Positions 10,077 to 20,531 of a stretch of DNA of 64,000 nt are shown here, in pieces. A program made the translations under genes and the position numbers. Positions within the stretch are counted from its first letter, which is position 1; the number at the start of each line of letters is the position of its first letter. Source of the DNA: an uncultured Methanosarcinales archaeon. Lineage in GTDB: Archaea > Halobacteriota > Methanosarcinia > Methanotrichales > Methanotrichaceae. The notes under the pieces were generated by a model, which ran no database searches, was not told the origin of the DNA, and saw only the letters and a program-made list of their open reading frames with translations. The stretch lies in assembly GCA_963843555.1 (NCBI GenBank), contig CAWJKV010000003.1, positions 160,001 to 224,000 of the forward strand, read 5' to 3'.

Positions 10077-12029
10077 GTGGTCGATAACGAGGTAGTCAAT
10101 GGCTGGACGGGCAGAAGGCTGCGAGTAGACCTCTCCAGCGGCAAGACGAACGTCGAGGAGATTGACGAATCATACCGGAAGAAGTGGCTGGGAGGTCGCG
10201 GCTTCAATTCCGAGCTTCTTTACCGGGAAGTGGGCCCGGATGTGGATCCCCTGGGGCCGGACAGTCGCCTGATCTTCGGAGTGGGCCCGCTCACGGGAAC
10301 TTTTGCACCATCGAGTGGCCGGACGACTGTCACCGCCCGCTCTCCACTGGGCGGGGGATTCGGCGACTCGAACATGGGAGGCCACTGGGGGCCGGAGCTC
10401 AAGTTCGCGGGCTATGACCAGCTGGTAATCCAGGGGAAGGCATCCAAACCCGTCTACCTCTGGATCGATGACGACAGGGTCGAGATCAGAGACGCCTCCC
10501 ACCTCTGGGGCCGGAATGTTCCTGAGGCCGACGCCATGATCAAAGATGAGCTGGGCTCAGAGGAGATCCACATCGCTCTGATAGGTCCGGCAGGAGAGCA
10601 TATCGTCAGGTACGCCTGCATCCTCAATGATGTCTACCGGGCCGCTGCCAGAAGCGGCATGGGTGCTGTCATGGGCTCCAAGAATCTTAAGGCCATAGCC
10701 GTCCGGGGCACCAACCCCGTCAATATCGCCCGGCCCGAGGAATTCTACCAGATTTCTGCCCAGATCAGAGAACGCCTCCGCCAGGACCTGATGGCTCAGA
10801 TGCTCAACGACCAGGGGACATGGCTGCTCACCATGCCTGCCAACTACGAACAGGGCTGGTTCTGCTGGCATAATTTTCAGAAGGGATACCATCCCGATGC
10901 CAATAAACTGAGCGGCGAGGCCCATAGAGACAACTTCCTCTCCCACAGGGAGGGCTGCTTCGCCTGCTCCATCTCCTGCGGCAGGTTCAGCAAAATTAAG
11001 GAAGGCAAGTACAAAGGTGAGATCACAGGCGGGCCGGAGTACGAGACCCTGACGGCCATCGGCCCGCGCATCGGTTTGCTGGACATGGATAAGGTGGTCC
11101 ACAACAATAAGCTGGTCAACGAGCTGGGTCTGGATTCCTGCTCCTGCGGAGGAGCCATCGCCTGGGCCATGGAGTGCTGGCAGAGAGGACTCTTGACTGC
11201 AGAGGAGACCGGCGGCCTGGTCCTGGATTGGGGCGATCAAGAGCTCATCACCAAGCTCATTGGAATGATCGCTAACCGGGAAGGCTTTGGAGACCTTCTG
11301 GCCGAGGGCTCCAGCAGAGCGGCAGAGATCCTGGGCCGGGGTCATGACTACTCCATCTCCGTCAAAGGTCACGACATGTCCCAGGACGATCCTCGAGGGC
11401 TGGGATTCGCTTTTGGAATCGGCTTTGCCACCGGCCGCCGGGGAGGAGATCACCTCCAGGGTCTGCCCTGCCTGGAGCTGACAGGACCCTTCTATCCGGG
11501 TCTGGTAGAAAAGATCCTGGGCACCAGGGAAGCCGAGGAGAGGCTCTCGCCAGTCAAGAAGCCTGAGATGGAGCGGTACCAGGAGGACCTGAAGGCCGTG
11601 GGCGACAGCCTGACGCAATGCACTTTCACTCACAGCTGGTCGTTCGCAGTCCAGCCCGAAGACATGGCGCACCTTATGTCTGCTGCCACAGGTGTCGAAT
11701 TCACTGCGGAAGAGCTGATGAGAATTGGAGGCAGGATTGTGCACCTGGAGAGAGCTTACTGGAACCGCCTCCTCGTGGGCCGCCTGGAAGACCGGAGTCC
11801 AAAGAGGTTCGTTGAGGAGCCTATGCCTGATGGACCGAACAAGGGCACCGTCTTCCCGGAATCGGAACTGATTCCCCGCTACTATGAGGTAAGGGGCTGG
11901 GAGAAGGAGACAGGCTTTCCTCTGGCCGAGGTTCTGATGGATCTGGGGTTGGAGTTGATCGCAGCAGATCTGGTGCCCTACCGGGAGGACTATCGAAAGA
12001 AGGTTGAAGAGGCCGCCAATTCTGCCTGA
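10077..12029 (+). CDS. Aldehyde ferredoxin oxidoreductase family (tungstopterin) enzyme
   Basis: LRVDLS, GAVMGSKNLKAIAV, GCFACSISCGR and GPEYET motifs. Confidence 0.95.
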   Translation: MVDNEVVNGWTGRRLRVDLSSGKTNVEEIDESYRKKWLGGRGFNSELLYREVGPDVDPLGPDSRLIFGVGPLTGTFAPSSGRTTVTARSPLGGGFGDSNMGGHWGPELKFAGYDQLVIQGKASKPVYLWIDDDRVEIRDASHLWGRNVPEADAMIKDELGSEEIHIALIGPAGEHIVRYACILNDVYRAAARSGMGAVMGSKNLKAIAVRGTNPVNIARPEEFYQISAQIRERLRQDLMAQMLNDQGTWLLTMPANYEQGWFCWHNFQKGYHPDANKLSGEAHRDNFLSHREGCFACSISCGRFSKIKEGKYKGEITGGPEYETLTAIGPRIGLLDMDKVVHNNKLVNELGLDSCSCGGAIAWAMECWQRGLLTAEETGGLVLDWGDQELITKLIGMIANREGFGDLLAEGSSRAAEILGRGHDYSISVKGHDMSQDDPRGLGFAFGIGFATGRRGGDHLQGLPCLELTGPFYPGLVEKILGTREAEERLSPVKKPEMERYQEDLKAVGDSLTQCTFTHSWSFAVQPEDMAHLMSAATGVEFTAEELMRIGGRIVHLERAYWNRLLVGRLEDRSPKRFVEEPMPDGPNKGTVFPESELIPRYYEVRGWEKETGFPLAEVLMDLGLELIAADLVPYREDYRKKVEEAANSA

Positions 12030-12043
12030 GGCCGGGGTTAAGG

Positions 12044-12343
12044 ATGCAGATAACCGCTCGCTACTACGGCTTCTTCTCCACAGTGACGAGGAAGCTCTAT
12101 GAGGTGCTGGAGGTCGACGACGAAATAGCCGTGAAGGATTTGATAGAGGTTCTGGCCAGGATTTATGGCTATAAATTCTCCCGCCTCTGCTTCATCCGGC
12201 CGCTGTACAGCGACAGGGATTATGTGAACATCTGCCTCAACTTTCTGGACCTCAATAGCCTGCAGAAATTTCCGCTGGGCCTGGAGACCAGGCTCAAAGA
12301 GGGTGACCTGGTCTCATTCGGGGTCATGGGAGGCGCGGCTTGA
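12044..12343 (+). CDS. MoaD/ThiS-family ubiquitin-like protein
   Basis: Beta-grasp size; LKEGDLV...MGGAA C-terminus. Confidence 0.8.
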   Translation: MQITARYYGFFSTVTRKLYEVLEVDDEIAVKDLIEVLARIYGYKFSRLCFIRPLYSDRDYVNICLNFLDLNSLQKFPLGLETRLKEGDLVSFGVMGGAA

Positions 12344-13080
12344 ACCCGGATGTGTGGGCCAGGCAGATGGCCATACCAGGGGTTGGAGCAAAAGGACAGC
12401 AGAAGCTGCACGAGAGCAGAGCAGTCGTGCTTGGCCTGGGAGGTGTGGGAGGACCCGCTGCCCTTTACCTCGCTGCAGCAGGCATAGGAAGCCTGGTGCT
12501 GGTGGACGGCGACAGGGTTGAGGCAAGCAATCTCAACCGCCAGATCCTCTTCGGCTTTTCTGATCTGGGTAGATCCAAGGTCCATCTGGCAGCGGAACGC
12601 TTGCTCAGCCTCAATCCGGACCTGAAGGTGAAGGTTGTCGATACCGTGGTCAAAGAATGCGACCTGGAGCCGCTTCTCATGGGCTCTCAGTTTGTACTGG
12701 ACTGCTTTGATAAGAATGCTGACCGGCTGGCAGTCAACCGGGCATGCATTGCTTTGGGAATTCCCGCGGCCCATGGATTCGCCCAGGACTTCAGCGGTGA
12801 GATTTTTATGGCGATTCCAGGAAGTAGCTCATGCCTTGCCTGCGCTATGGACGAGAGCTTCCCGGAAGTTGAGGTGACGCCCATCATGGGAGTGACCGCG
12901 GGGATGGTCGCCATCTCCATGGCTTCCGCCGCCATCCTCTTTCTGATCGGAATTGCCGATCCAGTGATCGGATGCAGATTGATCTATGACCTGGCCTTCA
13001 CTGGAATTACAAGAGTCCCTGTATTGAAAAATCCTCGCTGCTCTGCTTGCGGCAGTAATAAAGAGGATAAGCAGGAATGA
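12340..13080 (+). CDS. ThiF/MoeB-family adenylyltransferase
   Basis: GLGGVG, DGDRVEASNLNRQ and two CxxC motifs. Confidence 0.93.
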   Translation: MNPDVWARQMAIPGVGAKGQQKLHESRAVVLGLGGVGGPAALYLAAAGIGSLVLVDGDRVEASNLNRQILFGFSDLGRSKVHLAAERLLSLNPDLKVKVVDTVVKECDLEPLLMGSQFVLDCFDKNADRLAVNRACIALGIPAAHGFAQDFSGEIFMAIPGSSSCLACAMDESFPEVEVTPIMGVTAGMVAISMASAAILFLIGIADPVIGCRLIYDLAFTGITRVPVLKNPRCSACGSNKEDKQE

Positions 13081-13162
13081 GAAGCAGAAATGAGAGTGTA
13101 GGGCAAATAAAGAGGAAAAAAATAAAAAATAGGGTGGACCTATTGGTCGCGGTCTCCAAAGT

Positions 13163-14618
13163 TCAATACTGTCTGGCCATATAGGTGCGCTTGCCTGTCA
13201 ACTTGCCGCAAACCGCACAGGCCGCCTCAGAGAAGCTCTGGCGCTGCGGCTCGTCCCAGCATATTCGCTTCCACCTGATCCTCCAGCTGGTGGCCGCAAT
13301 CGACCTCGCCGCACCATGGCACCAGTGCCACGCCCACCTCTGTCTGTTCTTTCGCTTCGTTTATGCTGACAACTTCCCTGACCTTGCCTTCACTGAACAG
13401 TTTGGCCCTGGCATAGAGCGCCTCCTGCAGCTCCTCCGCCTCTTTGATGACGGCATCTGTCAGGCCCTCCATGGGCACGGCTTTCTTTATGCCATCGCGG
13501 CGCACCAGTGTGACGACTCCCTTCTCAATATCCCTGGGCCCGACCTCCAGACGAATGGGAACGCCTAACATCTCCCATTTGTAGAACTTGGCGCCGGGCC
13601 GCTCGTCGCTAGTGTCCAGCTTCACCCGGATATGGGCCGCGGCAAGAAGGTTTTCCAGATTTCTGGAGACCTCCAACACCTTCTCCTTGTCGCCCAATAG
13701 TATGGGCACTATGACTACCTCTGTCGGGGCGACGCACCAGGGCAATGCCAACCCTTTTTCGTCCCCGTGCACCGAGATGAGAGCCGCAATGCATCGCTCC
13801 GATATGCCGTAGCAGGTCTGGGAAACCAATTTTTGCTCGCCGTCTTCCGCTTCGTAGGTGATCTCGTAGGTCCTGGCGAAGGTTGAGCCCAGATGATGCG
13901 CCGTGCCCACCTGCAGCGTCTTGCCATCGGGCATGATAACGTCTATGGCTGTGGTGTAATCCGCGCCGGGAAACTTGTCCCAGCTGGGGCGGCGGCTCAC
14001 CAGGAATGGTATGGCCAGACGCCGGTAGAATTCCGAGTACCTCTGGATGGCAACTTCAACCTGTTCGGCCGCTTCTTCCCAGGTGGCATGAACGGTGTGC
14101 GCTTCCTTGAAGGAGGTGATCTCCCGCAGGCGTATGAGCGGCCGGGTATGCTTGGTCTCGTAGCGGAAGGTGTTGACGATCTGGTAGATGCGAAGGGGCA
14201 GATCGGCATGCGACCTGATCCAGAGCTTGAACATGGGATAGATTGCCGTCTCGCTGGTGGGGCGCAGTGCGAGCTTGACCTCCAGAGGAGTCAACCCGCC
14301 ATGGGTCACCCAGTAGACCTCTTCCTCAAAGCCCTTGATATGCTGCGCCTCCTTCATGAACTCGTTCTCAGGGATCATGAGGGGGAACTGGGTCTCCTGA
14401 TGATCAAAATCAAGAAGCTCCCGGATGATGCCATAGACATTTTTCTTAATGGCGAAGCCGAAGGGGAACCAGACACACATTCCCTTGACAGGATAGCGGT
14501 TATCTACGATCTCCGCTGTCATGAGCAATTCATGATACCATTCACTGAAGTTCTCTTTGGAGGGCAGCTTGGCAGCCTTAGAGCTCTGCGCTCTGGAATC
14601 TGGCCTGGATGCGTTCAT
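13163..14618 (-). CDS. proS: Prolyl-tRNA synthetase (frameshift near 13250)
   Basis: [24 protein letters not shown]-terminal RTYMARQY in another frame. Confidence 0.96.
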
Positions 14619-14687
14619 TTTGGATTCAGTCCCGCCGCCGGACTTGGAGCCGGCGTTTTTTCGTTTTACATTCAGTCTTGGAATCGG

Positions 14688-15290
14688 TCATGCAACCACC
14701 GATATAATAAATGGGGTGATAAAAGTTTCAATTGCCGCCGCCAGTAAGAGCAGCGGTGTAACCCAGCGGATCAGGAAATGAAATGCAATTTTGATCTCGC
14801 TGGAGAGGTCAGCCTTCTCTCTCAAGATGGATAGAGCCAGCAAATAGCCCAGCCGAAAGCCTATGGCGATGCTGACCAGGATTACAGGAAGCTCGATGAT
14901 GCCGTGGGGTAGGATTCCCGCCGCCAGATAAAGCCATCCCACTTTCTGGACTGCCTCATAGGCTACGATGCCCAGGATAAAGCCGTTGCTGGTGACGACC
15001 ATGAGTGGCAGGATCCCCAGGCCCAGGCCCAGCAGCATAGCCATGGATGAGGCCAGGAGATTCTTGAGGAAGATGATTATCATTATGAGTAGGGGTGGCT
15101 GATCCATAATCCACTTCAACATCTCTAGCTCAGAAGTCCAGCTGGAGGCGAACTCCGGATCGACTGCCGCAGTATAATAACCCATCACAGCCGTGAGACC
15201 AAAGAGAAACACGGATAGGCCGATGTAAACTCGAATCGACTTCAAATAGGCCATATCATCCTTTATCGACAAACAAGATCTCCCACCCAA
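14688..15290 (-). CDS. SpoIIM-family membrane protein
   Basis: GILPHGIIELP and AAAIETFITP motifs. Confidence 0.9.
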   Translation of the reverse strand: MGGRSCLSIKDDMAYLKSIRVYIGLSVFLFGLTAVMGYYTAAVDPEFASSWTSELEMLKWIMDQPPLLIMIIIFLKNLLASSMAMLLGLGLGILPLMVVTSNGFILGIVAYEAVQKVGWLYLAAGILPHGIIELPVILVSIAIGFRLGYLLALSILREKADLSSEIKIAFHFLIRWVTPLLLLAAAIETFITPFIISVVA

Positions 15291-15314
15291 ACCTCGTCCG
15301 GCCTTTATTTAAGA

Positions 15315-16182
15315 CTAGCGCGGTTTCGCGAGTGCCATGAGAATGAAAAAGCCCGTCTCCGCCAGCACCGAGATCGCAGCCGGAACACCCGCCTCCGGCC
15401 CAAAGAGCATCAAAGATATGGCTGCTGCCAGCCCCAGATTCTTAAAGGAGCCAAGGAGGGTATAGGAGATCGCATGCGATCTGTCCGAACCTGCCAGTCG
15501 GGCCGCTATGTATATTGCCAATCCTATTCCCAGAGTGCGTGCCAGTGCGATCCAGTAGACGCGATCCAAGTCTCCCCAAAGGGCGCCCTGATTGAGGCCG
15601 ATCACAGTGTAAGTGACCCAAAAAAATCCCAGGTTAATGGGAAGAACGGGATCAATCGATATGCGACGCACAATCCTGGAGGCCAGGGCCGGGAGAAGAA
15701 TCAATAACAGAGATATCTGCACCAGGAAGATGGGGCTTATTCCTGTCTGGCGAGTGAAGGCATAGATAATGGCGGGCATCAGCACCAGTGACGCGAGATA
15801 TGATATGGCCTCGGAATGAAGAGAAAGAGGCATATCACCATTCAAGATGCGGGTCATGGGCAAGATCGCAACTGCTGGGGGCACGGCAGCCATGACAATG
15901 AAACCCTGGCGCAGAGCTTCATCGTGCAGACTACTGCTCAGCAGCAATATGAGCCCGGAAAGGAGCCCGTAGTTCAGGGCCAGACCCAGCATAGAGCTCT
16001 TAAGGGAAACCTGCCCAAGAGTCGCACTGAGATTGACATCGGTCAAGGAGAAGGCCATCATTATCATGAGCACGGGTGTGATAAGCCATCTCGGTGGACT
16101 GTGCAGGCCCGGGCCAGATGAGGCCAAAGAGGATGGAAAGCAAGAGAACGAAAGAAGAGTTCTTTAAAAGGCTCATGCCCAT
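15315..16182 (-). CDS. Bile acid:Na+ symporter-like transporter (frameshift near 16110)
   Basis: Multi-TM; AVPPAVAI and FKNLGLAA motifs. Confidence 0.8.
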
Positions 16183-16218
16183 TCTTCCAGCACCCATCGA
16201 CTCCTCCCGACAGTATCC

Positions 16219-16830
16219 TCAGACACTTATCAGGTAATAGAACCCAAAACAGACCAGGAAGACGCCGCATATTCCCAGGATTCTTCGATAATTCTTTTCA
16301 GAGAGAATGCTCCTTCCCCGATCCAGGCTGGTTGAGACCAGGAGGTACCACCCGAAGTCCGCACCCCAGTGGCCGATCATGAAGATGGCTGCCATTATCA
16401 ACCCCGTTTGCAGGCCCGATAATACCAGGGCGCTGCCTATGGAGAGCCACCAGATCCAGAAGTAGGGATTGGCCCCGCTGGTGATCATTCCTGCCAGATA
16501 GGGGTTGCCGATGGACTTCCCTTCCGCTGCCACCATGTTGGCGTTCCTGGCTCCCTTCACGGTAAGAATTCCAAAAGCGATAAGTGCCAGGCCGCCAACT
16601 AATGCAATAGTGCGAGAATACTGCTGCATAGTCACGTATAGACCTCCCACAATTGATAGAAAGATCAGGGATTCCACTACAGCATGGCCTGCGGCGATCT
16701 TGGGGCCAGCCGTCCAGCCATATTTGAGGGAAGAATTGACGGTGGCAACAAGCGTCGGCCCGGGAGCGAGCGCACCAGTCAGACCGATGAAGAAGGCAGC
16801 TGCCAGCATCTCAATCATCTCGAACATCAT
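16219..16830 (-). CDS. LysE-family translocator
   Basis: GALAPGP and NPYFWIWW motifs. Confidence 0.92.
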   Translation of the reverse strand: MMFEMIEMLAAAFFIGLTGALAPGPTLVATVNSSLKYGWTAGPKIAAGHAVVESLIFLSIVGGLYVTMQQYSRTIALVGGLALIAFGILTVKGARNANMVAAEGKSIGNPYLAGMITSGANPYFWIWWLSIGSALVLSGLQTGLIMAAIFMIGHWGADFGWYLLVSTSLDRGRSILSEKNYRRILGICGVFLVCFGFYYLISV

Positions 16831-16943
16831 CTACCCTCTGTCATTTCATTAGCAGGTCTGCAGTTAAAAGACATTTGCTCCTGGCATTGATCACGAGTCT
16901 CAATGAAATACTTCCCGGAATCAGGCCGCCAAAACAGACGAAA

Positions 16944-17016
16944 TGGACAGGTCGGGATTTGAACCCGAGGCCTCTACCATGCCAAGGTAGCGATCTTCCA
17001 GCTGATCTACCTGCCC
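16944..17016 (-). tRNA. tRNA-Ala(GGC)
   Basis: Cloverleaf GGGCAGG...CCTGTCCA; anticodon arm CTACC-TTGGCAT-GGTAG; T-loop GTTCAAATC. Confidence 0.97.
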
Positions 17017-17154
17017 TTCGATCCTGAAGGTGAGCCGTACTCCATTTAAACATGTCGGTAGGAAAGCATCTTCAGGAGCATCCGGTGCAGGATATGGAAT
17101 CATCATTCTCACCCTAAGAGTTATATCCGACTTGACCCGATAACACACTTCTAC

Positions 17155-17604
17155 ATGAAAATTGTTGCTCTAATACTGTTATTGTTCATATCTTCTGGAT
17201 CGTTCGCCCAGGAGCACATTGCATCCTTCCCGGCTCAGAACAACACCACAGGCTTGAAACCTGTCTACCTGGGCTCAGCCAATAATAGCTCAACAGAATC
17301 CCTCAATAGCTCCGATTACTATCATATCACATATCCAATATGGGACCAGTTCGCCTATAATTTGCCGCTCACCAGCATCCATGAATGGTTTTCCAAGTAT
17401 AGTATTAACTCCCCTGCAGCAGTCCCGAATTTCCTCAGAGACGACTGGAGACCGGCATCCGAAAGCATGGCTACTCCGACAATAAAGCAGTTTGCAAAGG
17501 AAGATAGGTACCGGGAGGGAGTCGAGCCCCACAACGACCCGGACCGCATGGAGCTGAACCATTTCCTGGATAGTGATGAGCCGCCGGGAAGGCCACTGCT
17601 CTAG
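17155..17604 (+). CDS. Secreted hypothetical protein
   Basis: 149 aa ORF with signal peptide MKIVALILLLF. Confidence 0.7.
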   Translation: MKIVALILLLFISSGSFAQEHIASFPAQNNTTGLKPVYLGSANNSSTESLNSSDYYHITYPIWDQFAYNLPLTSIHEWFSKYSINSPAAVPNFLRDDWRPASESMATPTIKQFAKEDRYREGVEPHNDPDRMELNHFLDSDEPPGRPLL

Positions 17605-17997
17605 AAAATTATGGGTGGAGCAGAAGGGCATATGAGCGCAAAGATATACTGACTATCAACATAGCATTAGAGCACATGAGCGAGATAGGGGACCCTGCCG
17701 GAGAGCTGGTAACGGTAGATGCGTGCCTCGTCCAACGCCTGGGGCCGCATTCGCCTCTCTTTGCAGCCTCCGCATGCCTGGCAAGCCAAGGCCCGGGTGG
17801 CTGACTGGGCTTCGGCGGAACTTCCTGATCTCATGCAGAGGCTTATCTGCCCAGACCTTCGAGTTATTCGCACTTCCTCATACAACCTTCCCAAATTAAG
17901 TTAAATATTCTTCTGGCAACGTACTCATTTCATCCACTATAAGAATGAAGATCAAGTAAAATTGAGTGGTTACTGATATCGATCAATCGATCTTAAT

Positions 17998-18289
17998 CCC
18001 ACATCCCGCACTTTAACTTCCCAAATCTGGTATTTCTCTAGCTAACGATTCTCCGAATAGAATTATAAATTAAGCTATTCACTTACATTAATATTTTATC
18101 TGCTTGCCATGTCGCTCCGATTGAGTGTAATTGAGTGCATATTGTGCCATCTAATCTCACATGATAGAATCAACTTAATGTCAAATCAATTTAAAAGAAA
18201 TTGCTATTTAATTAAAATACTTTTATCAATTAGCATTAATCAATAGCTGTGAAAATACTAAATCCCAAACACAAAGTGCGGAATGTGGG
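17998..18289. mobile_element. MITE with IS1634-like terminal inverted repeats
   Basis: 17 bp TIRs CCCACATCCCGCACTTT / AAAGTGCGGAATGTGGG (16/17 match), flanked by TTAAT direct repeats; AT-rich non-coding interior. Confidence 0.85.
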
Positions 18290-18488
18290 TTAATGCTATC
18301 GATTCCGAAAATGCAGAACTTGGAGCGCAACATCGAGGAGTTTGAGCGGGGAAGTGACCTTATAATATCTTGCAGTTTAAAGCATATCGAAAAAAAGAAG
18401 AGATGGATTGCTGGTTACACATACTATATGGGGCTGGAGTTTTAACCCTTAAACCTCAGATCTTAGGTGCGTCGGACATGGCCCGCCC

Positions 18489-19901
18489 CTAGTGAGGAAT
18501 GCCCCCCACACGAAGAGAGGGATCTCCAAAGAGCGGAATCCTCCAAGGCTCAAGGTAATAATATATATTCTTCACTGTGGTCTCACCTGGTTTAGGTGGA
18601 GCCCATTTCTTGTAGTTCTCTTGAACCATATAACGCCACATATCTCCCAACTTCTTATTGCCCTTATGAAAAGCCTCGAAAAAAAGTATAAGCAGATCAG
18701 GTGCGGGATCGTTGCCGGTAATTGTACTCCCCATATAGGCGATTGCGCCTTTATCTTTAACCATTGTCATCCCCTCCGCCATGCTTTCATAATCTTTGGC
18801 CTGGAGGCAAGCGGGCTGTGGTGGCATGGAATGGAAAACTTCGCCATTTTCAGTTCCTGGATGGTTATTGCCTTTGGTGTCTTGATAGGCATTTTGTGGT
18901 GGTACTGGAGCAAATCTTCCTGTATCGCACGCTGCAGCAACGACCACGGGCAACATTTTCGAGTTATTAAGTTTTTTTACGTGGTCAACTAGATACCCTC
19001 CGTTAGGAATTCCCCAGCCATTCGATCCGCCATGGCCCATATAACTCACGAATCCGACTCCTTGGTCCATATAAGAATTAATCCTATCTGGACTTGGATT
19101 TTCCGTATTCTGGCAACTATTTCCGTCCTGATACAGTTTATGCACAGTGAAACCATGAAGATAATTCGCTGAAATGTACTCTTGCTTAGCGCAGATATCG
19201 GAATGCCAGTTGCTGGTGGCTATGAGGAGCACTGATTTTATCCAGGTTGAACCAAAAGCGTAGCTTTCATAGTACATAACATTCGAGACGTAGGCATCGA
19301 CCTCTTCCTTCTTTGAAGCCAGAACTCGTCCTACAGCAATGTTCGGAACCACATGTACATCATCAGGATTTAACGGACCACCAGTGTCTATTGGCACTTC
19401 TCCAAAATAGCCGTCTTTGTTGCCGTCCCAGTCATCAAATGAATGATCCTCTTTGAAGAGAGCCGCATAATAAAGGTCCACAGGAACGAAGAGAGTATGA
19501 AAATCAGTCTCTCCGGACTTAGGAGGCCAAGTCCATTTTGTATAGCGCACTGGGAATCTATCCTCATCTCCCACAAGCATGGCATACTTCACACCGTTGT
19601 TTGGTTGGAACAGTGCGAGGCAGCGTTTGACTTTTTCAGCTTCATCTCTGCCAGGATTTGTCTGGTAGATATGTTCAAGGTGGATCAGCATGGTAGCGAT
19701 GCCAGTGTTGTTTTTATGGTCCACGAGTGGCTTCAATGCTTCGGCGAATTCATTTGGGGAAATGATCAACAAATCATAATGTGGCTTACTCCAAGCGATT
19801 AGAGTGTCTCGCAGGCTTTTGCAAGGCATCGACACATCTTCTGGTATCCGAAGTGGCGTCTTCTTGCCAATTGCCGCTAACGATTGACGCAGACTAATCA
19901 T
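18489..19901 (-). CDS. C25 (gingipain-like, clan CD) cysteine peptidase
   Basis: YAMLVGD, IAVGRV, YMGHG (His), AAACDTG (Cys) and LFGDPSL; SD upstream of ATG 19901; no signal peptide. Confidence 0.9.
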   Translation of the reverse strand: MISLRQSLAAIGKKTPLRIPEDVSMPCKSLRDTLIAWSKPHYDLLIISPNEFAEALKPLVDHKNNTGIATMLIHLEHIYQTNPGRDEAEKVKRCLALFQPNNGVKYAMLVGDEDRFPVRYTKWTWPPKSGETDFHTLFVPVDLYYAALFKEDHSFDDWDGNKDGYFGEVPIDTGGPLNPDDVHVVPNIAVGRVLASKKEEVDAYVSNVMYYESYAFGSTWIKSVLLIATSNWHSDICAKQEYISANYLHGFTVHKLYQDGNSCQNTENPSPDRINSYMDQGVGFVSYMGHGGSNGWGIPNGGYLVDHVKKLNNSKMLPVVVAAACDTGRFAPVPPQNAYQDTKGNNHPGTENGEVFHSMPPQPACLQAKDYESMAEGMTMVKDKGAIAYMGSTITGNDPAPDLLILFFEAFHKGNKKLGDMWRYMVQENYKKWAPPKPGETTVKNIYYYLEPWRIPLFGDPSLRVGGIPH

Positions 19902-19941
19902 GATCGTTACCTTCCTCTGAAAATTAGTTCCATGACATTCA

Positions 19942-20531
19942 TCACTGCAATGCAACGAGGATAGGGATTAGATTCTTACCGCTCTTCAATGGCTGCAGAG
20001 CTTTGCCAATCACCGCACCAAACGATCTAGCGTGATCGCTCGCCTTCATAGCATGTCCCGGTGTCTGAGAGGTTGTCAGCAAATCACCAACCTCAATTGA
20101 TCCGTAACCGGCATCCACTTTGCAGTGAACCCTTCCCATCAAAGCAAGTGGCACCCTGTCTGAGCGTCCTGGTTGCCTGCCTAGAACCAAGCCGGGCTTG
20201 AGATCCCCTGCACCAGAGATAACTCCAGCGACGCGTTTGTCGTATGGATGTTTGCCTTGTTCAAGTTGGCCTGCATCGTTGAGGGACATTACCGTGCCCG
20301 CTTCAACAGATTCTGTAGCCGAAACTTCGAAATCTTCGGCACAATCGGCATTCGGGAGAATGATATCTCCAGCTTTTCCATCTATCAGGACACCGCCCAC
20401 TCGAAGGGTGCGGGATCGGCGGGATTTAGGTCAATCGAGTAATGTCTACTGGCATCTATTCCAAGGAGCTTATTCCCTTCTATACCGACATTTCCTGCCC
20501 ATAGAGTATCGCATTTGATTACATTTGGCAT
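19942..20531 (-). CDS. Small protein with IMC/peptidase G2-like C-terminal domain (frameshift near 20415)
   Basis: SD AAGGAGA plus ATG 20531; NADCAEDF...VAGVISGAG...GDLLTTS...IGKAL motifs. Confidence 0.7.

Noticed and set aside
10557..11744. Long antisense ORFs (also 13893-14747 and 41645-42517)
   Set aside because: Shadows of GC-rich genuine genes on the opposite strand
17660..17900. GC-rich stretch with AGGAAGTTCCGCC on the minus strand, resembling the RNase P RNA P4 5' strand
   Set aside because: No matching 3' ACAGAA..GGC P4 strand or P1 helix; may be a decayed ORF
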